A stretch of DNA of 14,625 nt, from NCBI GenBank assembly GCA_964619725.1, contig CAZUFC010000176.1, positions 1-14,625 of the forward strand. Direction: 5' to 3'. This document shows, one piece after another, positions 7,128-14,625 of the stretch. Both the position numbers and the translations under genes were made by a program. Position 1 is the first letter of the stretch, and every line of letters begins with the position of its first letter. The notes beneath the pieces were generated by a model. That model worked only from the letters and a program-made list of their open reading frames with translations, searched no databases and was not told where the DNA came from. The DNA is from an uncultured bacterium (GTDB taxonomy: Bacteria > CSSED10-310 > CAZUFC01).

Positions 7128-9809
7128 ATGTTGTTTTATCGTTGTTTTTTAATCCTTTTTGCCGTTCTGACGGTATCGGCATCATCGGCCGGCGGGATGG
7201 TCATCACGGGGCTTTCCGTATACGAAGCATCGCCGGACGATCAGGTTGAAATTCAGGGATATAATTTTGGGGACAGCGGCGGATATGTCGTATTGACGGG
7301 TTTACGGGTCCCGGCGATTTACTGGTCGGATGAGTTGATACGTTTTGAGGTCCCTGAGTCCGGCGCCGGGGGTTGGGTATACGTCCGGCGGGGCGAGGCA
7401 ACGTCAAACCGGATGGATTTCAGTGTGGTGCGGGAATTGCCGGATGATCAGTTTTTTCCTTACGGGTTTGAATTGGGCGATTGGGGACTGGCCGGGGCGG
7501 CTTTTCTGGTCGAGACTGACGGAGAGTATTTATATGGTCTGACGGGATTTGAAAGGCTGGCGACATATCGGATAACGGAGGAGGGCGCTTACGAGCAGTT
7601 GAGTCGTCTTTATCTACCGCAGAGAGTCGGGGACTTGAGATTGCATGACGGGTATCTGTATATCCCGGGTGATCACGGGCTTTATATATACCGTTGCAGC
7701 GATCTTCAATCGGAAGATGCTGCACCTGTCGCCGTTTTGGCGGGCGGTTCCTACCTGTCGGCGGATATAAGAACGAAGGAAGAGCCTGTGGCCGGGACCC
7801 TGGCGGCCTTGTGCGAATACAAGCCGAGGAAAGGATCGACGGAGCTGCGGGTCCATCTTTTTCGTTTTGCATCGGAAGAATTGGAAGAAGTGGGAATTTT
7901 CACCAGCGAAACATCATCGACGACCGAACGAAGGCATGCTGCGGCCATAGACCCTTTGAACCCGAAGGTTTATGTATCGGGATACGGATCGCTGTTCGGC
8001 GAGGACAAGTATATTCTTGAAATAGATTTTTCCGATCCTGAAAGTCCGGTCGTCAACCACCGTGAGGAGACGGGGAAGCTTCTAGCATTCGACATGGATA
8101 CGATAGAGGACCGTTTGTGGACAGGGGTATGCGGCAACGGAACGGTATTTTTTCGCGCCTACGGACTCCTGTCCGGCGAAGAACATCTGGAACTTGAAGA
8201 AGAGGTGACGGGGATTTTCGGGTTCGGACGGACTACCAGGGTCAAAGTAATCGATGAACATACGACGGTGGGCTGCGCCTGGTGCGGTGCGCGGCCGGAC
8301 GTGATGGCGATGAAAACGTTCGACAACGGTCCTTCGTTTCAGACTCAGACGAATTCGGTAGACTGGGCTTTCGACGTTTCTGGCTTTTCCGCAGACCCGG
8401 AATCCGTTGAAGGTAAAATCGTCGTAGCGGATGAATGGGCCGGATTTCTTACCTATGATTACCGTTATGATCCTGAACAGGGGTATGTGATGGAGCATGA
8501 ACAGGACTGCCGGTGGGTCCCGGCCGGCGCAATGACCGAAGGAATGCACATCAACGGCGACAGGCTTTACATTGCGGACAGGGGCGCCGGAGCCTGGAGC
8601 GCTGACCGGTTCGATCTTTCCAACGAGCAGGAGTGGCGATGGACGGAATGGGACTGGAACGATGAGAATCCCCAGCCTTATCCCGTCAGCGCTCTATGCA
8701 CCAGGCACGATCCTGTCCAGGGAACCCTGATAGCCGCGCTGGCGCACGAGAAAGCCATGGCCTGGGGACATAAAATCTACGGCATTCTTTACCGGGAAAC
8801 TGCCGAATCCATCGTCCAGTTAGCCATATCAGAAGAAATAGACCCGCCGGGACTTTGGAGCTCCGGCATCAGCGCAGTTTGGCCGGAAACCGATCTTATT
8901 TTTATGACGACAGGAACGGACGGCGTTCGAGCCTATGTCGCCGACCCCGGTCCCGAAGAACCTGCCATCTCGCTGCACGCCGACTGTCCGGCATCCGGGA
9001 CGGGTTTCGGGACCGACTACTTCAGCGGCGCCAATATGACCAACTGCATGAAATACTATGGATCCGGCGAAGAGCATAAGCTGATCATCGGCACGAAACC
9101 GAATCTGTTCGTCGCAGACCCGACCCTCTATGTTTTCAACGTATCCTATCCCGAAGGCATACCGGACCGTGATTTTCCCGACAGAAAAATCGAATTCACC
9201 ATGGAATATGCGCTGGAGTGCACAGGCTATAAAACAGTCAACCAACTGGACGTTACGCCGTCAGGACTCATTGCCGTCGCTACTTCGCAGGGATTAGCCC
9301 TGTTCCACATCTCCTGGATTCCGGTCCTCAACAATATGCCCCAGCAACAGGCCTGGGAGCTCATCTCCGTCCCCAATGATGCTTTTCAACCCTGGAGACA
9401 TCAATCCTGGAACAAAGCAATCAATGAAGCCGCATTCGCTGATGATGCCGACCTGTATTGCGTCAAATCACCGTACGGCGTATGGAAATTGCTTGTCGAA
9501 ATTGACTGGCAGAATTATACGCATGAATGTTCTGCAGAAGCTTTTTACCCCGGAGTCCAATGCGGTATGGACTACAATAATTTTCTGCACGGATGGACCG
9601 TTCCGGAACTCCATACCCTGCACCATCCATACTGCCTGCAATCAAACGGCGACGGCTCGGTCTACGTATCTGGATGGAGCGGCAAAGTCTATAAACTCAA
9701 TGACGAATCCCATCAAAACCAGGTCCCCAGCCTCGACCGCGCAGGATTTATTATACTGTTGTGTCTCTTCTCTTTCAGGCTTCTTGTTTATAGCAATTTC
9801 AGGGACTGA
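7128..9809 (+). CDS. Large secreted/surface protein: IPT/TIG domain, LVIVD-like beta-propeller repeats, IPTL-CTERM-like tail
   Basis: GGAGG RBS; signal peptide MLFYRCFLILFAVLTVSASSAGG; IPT/TIG-like VEIQGYNFG...WSDELIRFEVP; repeats such as LHDGYLYIPGDHGLYIY, INGDRLYIADRGAG, IDFSDPESP; C-terminus VPSLDRAGFIILLCLFSFRLLVYSNFRD. Confidence 0.85.
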   Translation: MLFYRCFLILFAVLTVSASSAGGMVITGLSVYEASPDDQVEIQGYNFGDSGGYVVLTGLRVPAIYWSDELIRFEVPESGAGGWVYVRRGEATSNRMDFSVVRELPDDQFFPYGFELGDWGLAGAAFLVETDGEYLYGLTGFERLATYRITEEGAYEQLSRLYLPQRVGDLRLHDGYLYIPGDHGLYIYRCSDLQSEDAAPVAVLAGGSYLSADIRTKEEPVAGTLAALCEYKPRKGSTELRVHLFRFASEELEEVGIFTSETSSTTERRHAAAIDPLNPKVYVSGYGSLFGEDKYILEIDFSDPESPVVNHREETGKLLAFDMDTIEDRLWTGVCGNGTVFFRAYGLLSGEEHLELEEEVTGIFGFGRTTRVKVIDEHTTVGCAWCGARPDVMAMKTFDNGPSFQTQTNSVDWAFDVSGFSADPESVEGKIVVADEWAGFLTYDYRYDPEQGYVMEHEQDCRWVPAGAMTEGMHINGDRLYIADRGAGAWSADRFDLSNEQEWRWTEWDWNDENPQPYPVSALCTRHDPVQGTLIAALAHEKAMAWGHKIYGILYRETAESIVQLAISEEIDPPGLWSSGISAVWPETDLIFMTTGTDGVRAYVADPGPEEPAISLHADCPASGTGFGTDYFSGANMTNCMKYYGSGEEHKLIIGTKPNLFVADPTLYVFNVSYPEGIPDRDFPDRKIEFTMEYALECTGYKTVNQLDVTPSGLIAVATSQGLALFHISWIPVLNNMPQQQAWELISVPNDAFQPWRHQSWNKAINEAAFADDADLYCVKSPYGVWKLLVEIDWQNYTHECSAEAFYPGVQCGMDYNNFLHGWTVPELHTLHHPYCLQSNGDGSVYVSGWSGKVYKLNDESHQNQVPSLDRAGFIILLCLFSFRLLVYSNFRD

Positions 9810-9962
9810 TCAAACAGTGGTTACGATTCTTTCAACACATTTGACTGATTGCAAGAAAAAAAGAAAGCGCTGAAGTCAATGATCCCAAAATGGGTCTTTT
9901 GAGGTTACAGTTCTTCCGTATATCCATTCATTAAATATAATCATTCTCATTATGCTCTTCTC

Positions 9963-10079
9963 TTTTCGAGTGAATTCGCGTGATTTCGCGGATAGAAATT
10001 CTTAGTAAATGCTTTAATCATTTGCAGATGCCGGAGTGGATTTTTTTGATCCGCGTAACTTCACGAATTCTCGTGAAAA
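9963..10079. repeat. Imperfect inverted repeat with 10-bp periodic arm between convergent genes (possible terminator function)
   Basis: Arms 9963-9993 and 10049-10079 match 23/31. TTCG at 9965, 9975, 9985. Internal perfect hairpin ttcacga-attc-tcgtgaa (10060-10077). Confidence 0.6.
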
Positions 10080-10103
10080 ACTGCTTATTTTGAGCGATAC
10101 TCT

Positions 10104-10775
10104 TTATCGCTCAGCCTCAAAAGGGTGCGGCGTTTCGACGCCGGTGCTGCGTTCGGCTATCAACAGCAGTATGCCTTTCTGAATCCACAGGGCTGCCTCG
10201 TCCTCCTTTATTTCATTTTTTATCACGCATTTACCGGGTTCGAGGCGTTCGTAGTCTATTTCATTGAGAAAACCTATTCCGCGCAGGCCTTCGACAGAAT
10301 CGGCGTATGGGATGAGGGTAACGACGCGGCCGACGTCGCCGTGGATGGTGCAGCGATCTTTGGATGTGACGGCGACTATGGTGTATCTGGAGTTGACAAG
10401 CGCTGCTTTTCCTGGGTATTTCGCCAGAACGGCGGCGTATTTCGGTTCCGTCGCGCAACCTTTCTCCCCGAAATCTGTCTCCGCTAAAATGGCTACATTG
10501 CCGGCGCCTAATTCAAAAGCCGTATTCACCGCAAATTCTATCCTGGATGCTCCCTCAGTCTCCGAATAAGGCAGAACAACCGTTTTGGCGTTTATTTGAG
10601 GCTCTTCGACCCCCTCACCGCAATGATCGCTCAATACGAGATGAGGATCAACCTGCAACCGGGAACAACAGGTTCTGCCTTCTTCTGTGGCGATGATCAG
10701 ATCGCTGTCTCTGAGCATTTTGAAGCTTAATTTGTCGTCTTTGTCTTTTATATCGTCGACGATTGTCGCCCGCAT
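10104..10775 (-). CDS. Thiamine pyrophosphokinase (ThiN/TPK)-like protein with degenerate catalytic motifs
   Basis: GGAGG RBS before ATG 10775. Layout is colinear with TPK: DLIIATEEG, VDPHLVLSD, IEFAVNTAFELGAGNVAIL, then the C-terminal substrate-binding domain GRVVTLIPY...GLRGIGF...KNEI...IQKGILLLI. Confidence 0.75.
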   Translation of the reverse strand: MRATIVDDIKDKDDKLSFKMLRDSDLIIATEEGRTCCSRLQVDPHLVLSDHCGEGVEEPQINAKTVVLPYSETEGASRIEFAVNTAFELGAGNVAILAETDFGEKGCATEPKYAAVLAKYPGKAALVNSRYTIVAVTSKDRCTIHGDVGRVVTLIPYADSVEGLRGIGFLNEIDYERLEPGKCVIKNEIKEDEAALWIQKGILLLIAERSTGVETPHPFEAER

Positions 10776-10840
10776 ATGAACCTCCGAAGGAAAAGGTCCT
10801 TCTTTAAGGGAAACAGGCATAATTCATGCCGGCGAGTAAA

Positions 10841-10849
10841 ATTATATCA
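10841..10849 (-). promoter_or_regulatory. Extended -10 promoter (TGnTATAAT) for the TPK-like gene
   Basis: The minus strand reads TGATATAAT, about 65 nt upstream of the ATG. Confidence 0.5.
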
Positions 10850-10889
10850 AATTCGCCAACTCATTGACAGATAATTCTTTTATTTTGGT

Positions 10890-10913
10890 AAAAAAAAACC
10901 TGCCGGGAAGCAG
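10890..10913 (-). terminator. Possible weak Rho-independent terminator of the LamG surface protein gene
   Basis: The minus strand reads ctgct-tccc-ggcag-g followed by T9. The stem is short. A further imperfect hairpin lies at about 10953-10999. Confidence 0.4.
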
Positions 10914-11007
10914 TACGGTATATTGTTCCCTGAGGAGAGAATAAGCGGTGCAAATTGTTCCGTATTCTGCGTGTAGGGGCCTGGGCGCAGAGGTACAATT
11001 TTCTGTA

Positions 11008-13923
11008 TCAGTTTTTCCGGCCGTATTTAATCAGGAGAGAAGCGGCGATGCAAGCGGCCAGGAGCGAGCCGAGGGTTGAGGAAGCTGGTATGTGCGGCGG
11101 AGTGGGAACGTGTGTGCGAGTGGGAGTAAAGGGTAAAGTAGGAGTAGCGGAGGAAGTGGGTGAGAGAGAGGGCGTATGCGTCGGTGAGAGTGTCGGGGAT
11201 TGTGATGGAGTAAGGGAGGGTGAGAGAGTCGGTGATAGCGTATGTGAGGGCGAGGAGGTCGGAGAGAATGTAGGCGAATTGGTAGGGGAGAATGTTGGAG
11301 AAGGTGTAGGTGCGCAGAGTCTGATGGGGTCGAACTGATCGAGATTTGCTGTTTTGCCGAGGTATCCGTGGTGTTGATTGAGGCTGTGATCGATTATTTC
11401 CTGCCCTGCATTCCGGTTGAAGCGCCACATGCTGATAACGCCGGCATCGGGGACGACTTCGCCTGCAGTGAAGAGGCCGGCGATTTCAGTCGGAGAGAGT
11501 GCGTGTTCATAGAGCACGACGTTATCGATATAGCCTTGGAACCAGTCCTGATATTGATTTCCTTGATTTGTCCGAACACCGACGGTAAAAATATGTCCTG
11601 GTATAGTATCGGGCGGCGGGCAGCCTGTTGCGCTGTCGACGGGAGCGCCGTCGATGTAGAGTTGGAGATTGCCGTCAGCATCTCTTGAGGCGGCGAGGAA
11701 GACCCAGGCATCCGTGGAGACTGTTCCGCCCTGCAAGCGATAATCGTCGTCATTGGGGGCTTCGTACCAGAAGTAAGCCTGTCCGTTCTGTATGGCGAGG
11801 AGGTAATTCATTTTATCGGTATCGAAGGATTCTCCGTGAGCGGCGACGGCCCTGACGCCTGAAGTATCCGTAGGATAGGCCCAGGCTGTGAGGGTGAACG
11901 TTTCCAGTCCGAAGTCTTGGTTTTCCGGAATTATTCCGCAATGAGAACCCTGTAAATGAAGGTAACAGTGGAAAGGGGGCGTTGAACCGGGTTCAGGGGT
12001 AGGGGCGGGTGAACCGGAAGGAACCGGGGTCGGCGTAACGGGGCATCGGCGAAAAGCATCGAAAGCATCAGGCAAGTCCGTTTTTCCGAGGAACCCGTCA
12101 TTACCTCTGTCGCTTTCGTCAATAATGGTTTGTCCTTCAGTTTGATTAAACCGCCACATACCCATGGTCGAGGAACCAGGTTCGATTTCGCCTTCGGCGC
12201 ACAGAGCGCCGATTTCAGCGGGCGACAGCGCCCGGTCGTAGATAGCGACAGCGTCGATATAGCCCTGGAACCAGTCCTGATAGACGTCCGGTTCGTTGGT
12301 TCGAACGCCTATAGTCAGGTTGTGCCAGGGAATGGTTTGCGGCGGGGGTTGCCCTTGGGATGAGTCAACGGGATACCCGTTCAAATATAGCGCAGTGTCG
12401 CCGTCCTCATTTCTTGTCGCTGCGATGAAATACCATTGATATGGTTCGACGGCGCCGCCCTGCAGGACGTAATCCGCGTCATTGGATATTTCATACCAGA
12501 AGTAAGCCTCTCCTTCTTCAATCCCCAGGAAATAGTTGAATTTATCGGTATCGAAGGATTCGCCGTGAGCCAGGACGGCTTTGGAACCGGTTACGTCGAC
12601 GGGATAGAACCAGGCGGCCAGAGTAAAAACTTCGAGTGCGAAGTCCGTGCTTGCCGGGACGGTGCATCCGGTTTGACCCAGGAATTGAAGCCAGCAGTCG
12701 AACGGCGGGTCGGCGGGTTCCACCGGAGTAAAAGTAGGTCCGGGAGTCGGCGTATGTGTCGGAGGCGGCGTATCAGTCGGCGTGGGCGTATCATTCAGGA
12801 TCACTTTGGATGAATACGCCGTTGAATTCTGAGAAGAAAAAACGATGAATTCTCCTATCCCGCCGACATTTTGTTTCGTGCTTTGCGCATCGCTGCCGGC
12901 GATGAAGAGGTCATGTTCCGGACCGAAATTAATATTGTCGATATCCGTCCAGCGATATTTGCTGCCGTTGTTCCTGTAGATCGCGAACAACTTGCCGCCG
13001 GCCTCGTCCAGCACGCAAACCGGCCGCGAACCTGAATAAGAAACCGGATGCAACGGACTCCACACTCCGGCGGCCGTGCGTTGGTAAAACCCTATCACGA
13101 TTCGTCCCGGAGTATCGAAACTGGTTTTGACGACTGCGTACATATCGCCCGAAGAATCTACCGCCAGGTTGATATGATCGTCCGATTCGTTTATTTCAGT
13201 CGTGGGGTCTTCCTGCGCCGACCACACTTCGGGAGGATCGGCATCGTTATGCATGCGGAACCCGAACTCATCCCTGCCCTGGTCCGACCACATGACGCCT
13301 ATTTTTTCATCAGGAAAGGCGATAACAGCGCAGATTTCGTCTATGCCTATGCCGGTCTGTAGCTGAATCGGCGAAGACCAGGATGAATAAGGATAATCGC
13401 TGTATCGGACTTCTATGGCATTAGTCGTATCATAAGCTGTCCACAAACGGTCCAGGGAATCCATAGCCAGGCATCCGTATTCATCCCCCAGCGTTACGGG
13501 AGAAGACGCCGGACGTTCCGACCACAACTGGTAAGTTCCGGGACTGCCGGACGCATATTCGACTGAAACCAGCTCCGAGGAAGCCCCGTCAAATAGCAGA
13601 ATATGCGTCACATTACCGTCGGGCAAACAGTCGGATTTGGGAAAAGGCGTTGAAGATAATTGAAGGACAGGGGTCCAGGCATCGCCGTCCAGGCGCAATG
13701 CATGACTGCCCCCAGGCAACGGCATCACGCACCACCAGGCTCCCTCATGATGCCAGCATTTAGATTGCGGTTTTCCGCCCGTAGTCATACCGGAAGCCAG
13801 TTGAACCGGCGTCAATACCTCCAGCGCACGAACCGTTGACCCCGGCGATAAAAAAAACAATATCAAAAAATGTATGATGAAAAAGGCTTTAATCCTCCCC
13901 CTACGTGCTTCAGACTCATCCAT
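11008..13923 (-). CDS. Large surface protein: N-terminal beta-propeller-like domain, two LamG/concanavalin-like modules, Pro/Thr/Ser linkers, IPTL-CTERM-like tail
   Basis: AAGGAGG RBS before ATG 13923; hydrophobic signal ending TVRA; two 222-aa modules with FTLxAW, W.F.AA.R, LY..G, FQGYID.V..Y..ALS..EI, MWRFN; PT/SPT linkers; C-terminus IPASSTLGSLLAACIAASLLIKYGRKN. Confidence 0.9.
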   Translation of the reverse strand: MDESEARRGRIKAFFIIHFLILFFLSPGSTVRALEVLTPVQLASGMTTGGKPQSKCWHHEGAWWCVMPLPGGSHALRLDGDAWTPVLQLSSTPFPKSDCLPDGNVTHILLFDGASSELVSVEYASGSPGTYQLWSERPASSPVTLGDEYGCLAMDSLDRLWTAYDTTNAIEVRYSDYPYSSWSSPIQLQTGIGIDEICAVIAFPDEKIGVMWSDQGRDEFGFRMHNDADPPEVWSAQEDPTTEINESDDHINLAVDSSGDMYAVVKTSFDTPGRIVIGFYQRTAAGVWSPLHPVSYSGSRPVCVLDEAGGKLFAIYRNNGSKYRWTDIDNINFGPEHDLFIAGSDAQSTKQNVGGIGEFIVFSSQNSTAYSSKVILNDTPTPTDTPPPTHTPTPGPTFTPVEPADPPFDCWLQFLGQTGCTVPASTDFALEVFTLAAWFYPVDVTGSKAVLAHGESFDTDKFNYFLGIEEGEAYFWYEISNDADYVLQGGAVEPYQWYFIAATRNEDGDTALYLNGYPVDSSQGQPPPQTIPWHNLTIGVRTNEPDVYQDWFQGYIDAVAIYDRALSPAEIGALCAEGEIEPGSSTMGMWRFNQTEGQTIIDESDRGNDGFLGKTDLPDAFDAFRRCPVTPTPVPSGSPAPTPEPGSTPPFHCYLHLQGSHCGIIPENQDFGLETFTLTAWAYPTDTSGVRAVAAHGESFDTDKMNYLLAIQNGQAYFWYEAPNDDDYRLQGGTVSTDAWVFLAASRDADGNLQLYIDGAPVDSATGCPPPDTIPGHIFTVGVRTNQGNQYQDWFQGYIDNVVLYEHALSPTEIAGLFTAGEVVPDAGVISMWRFNRNAGQEIIDHSLNQHHGYLGKTANLDQFDPIRLCAPTPSPTFSPTNSPTFSPTSSPSHTLSPTLSPSLTPSQSPTLSPTHTPSLSPTSSATPTLPFTPTRTHVPTPPHIPASSTLGSLLAACIAASLLIKYGRKN

Positions 13924-13980
13924 TTTTTCCTCCTTTTCCCCCAATAAAGGAACTGTAAAAATTCATCTTTCACAATATAA

Positions 13981-14008
13981 GTTATAAGGATTAAAGAAAT
14001 ATTGTCAA
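13981..14008 (-). promoter_or_regulatory. sigma70-like promoter for the LamG surface protein
   Basis: The minus strand reads TTGACA - 16 nt - TATAAC, 57 nt upstream of the ATG. Confidence 0.55.
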
Positions 14009-14065
14009 AACAGGAGAAAAAAGGAACTTATCAGTCTAAACCGTTTTACTACGGATGCTCCTGAA

Positions 14066-14479
14066 TCATATTGCAGATTCGACAATACCTGTATCCACAA
14101 AAGCTGTTGAAACCTTATTAACGGGGGTTTCCTGAAAAAAGACTATTTTCAGAAACTTTTCGACAGGGGAGTTTTTCAGCACGCGAACTACAATATCTTG
14201 CAATTCATCATTAAGACCGCTTAAATCGTTTAGAGGAAAACTGCGAGGTCCATATTCTGTTTTCTCCGTTAAGATCGAAAAATGGAGGAAGGTCAAGCTG
14301 ACCGCTTTCCCTGTTCTCCGGTTAACCCGTAAAATGATATCGTCTGTCAATTCGACGCCTGTGGCCTTAACATTTTCATCGAAATTCCCATCCAATATGT
14401 CTCCTTCCGGATAGTACTTCAAACGTATTATCTCACCTTCCGCAGTTTTTATTTCCTTCTCCCTGATATTCAAATTCAT
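14066..14479 (-). CDS. DUF2283-family protein (putative antitoxin-like component)
   Basis: LKYYPEGDILDGNF...GVELTDDIILRVNRRTGKAVSLTFLHFS resembles the DUF2283 pattern (Y..E.D.L...F......EL......R....TG...GL.I..FS). AAAGGTGA RBS-like sequence upstream. Confidence 0.75.
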   Translation of the reverse strand: MNLNIREKEIKTAEGEIIRLKYYPEGDILDGNFDENVKATGVELTDDIILRVNRRTGKAVSLTFLHFSILTEKTEYGPRSFPLNDLSGLNDELQDIVVRVLKNSPVEKFLKIVFFQETPVNKVSTAFVDTGIVESAI

Positions 14480-14485
14480 CAAATT

Positions 14486-14585
14486 TCACCTTTCTGAAAC
14501 AATGTATTTTGCCCATCCAGTGACTACGAAATTATTTTCGATATAACGACCTTCATCGTCCAATGCCGTTTTGAAAAGAACCAAA
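14486..14585 (-). pseudogene. 3' fragment of the putative toxin-like partner gene upstream of DUF2283
   Basis: The minus strand encodes FLVLFKTALDDEGRYIENNFVVTGWAKYIVSER*, with the stop 6 nt before the DUF2283 ATG. NNFVVTGW resembles the FVVTAY C-terminal strand of RelE/DUF4258-like partners. Upstream sequence is a perfect palindrome. The window edge limits the call. Confidence 0.5.
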
Positions 14586-14621
14586 AATGCCGGGTTCGAG
14601 GGTACCCTCGAACCCGGCATT
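14586..14621. repeat. Perfect 36-bp palindrome
   Basis: aatgccgggttcgagggt|accctcgaacccggcatt: 18-bp arms, no loop, no mismatch. Confidence 0.9.
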
Positions 14622-14625
14622 CTGT

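Noticed and set aside
10776..11007. TPP riboswitch upstream of the TPK-like gene
   Set aside because: No CUGAGA / ACCUGAU core motifs on the minus strand.
11314..12708. DGR template/variable repeat pair
   Set aside because: Both copies are in-frame domains of one ORF, diverged at all base types, and no reverse transcriptase is present.
7204..13362. Numerous antisense or alternative-frame ORFs inside the large genes
   Set aside because: Shadow ORFs of moderately GC-rich coding DNA and of the Pro/Thr/Ser linker; no motifs or RBS.

Overview
Bacterial window, probably from a diderm (outer-membrane-bearing) lineage, judged from a beta-barrel-like ORF and IPTL-CTERM-type surface proteins; taxonomy cannot be fixed from sequence alone. 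Nine likely intact genes: a TPR/TM2-like membrane protein translationally coupled to a stand-alone YidD-like protein; a putative outer-membrane barrel downstream of an exported TPR + SagB/ThcOx-type flavin oxidoreductase; a REC-GGDEF diguanylate cyclase; two large convergent surface proteins with IPTL-CTERM-like tails (IPT/TIG + LVIVD-like propeller; propeller + 2x LamG) flanking a thiamine pyrophosphokinase homologue that has lost its catalytic motifs; and a DUF2283-family gene. The DUF2283 gene's upstream partner appears as a 3' fragment running into a perfect 36-bp palindrome. Intergenic DNA is rich in non-coding structure: a REP-like hairpin plus a 73-bp-period tandem repeat, a two-copy hexamer-array element, 9-mer and 10-mer periodic inverted repeats, and a 200-bp MITE-like element with a 6-bp flanking direct repeat. 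A gene-scale G-to-C skew gradient is also visible. No rRNA, tRNA, CRISPR array, transposase or reverse transcriptase was seen. All family calls come from motif recognition by eye, not database searches.
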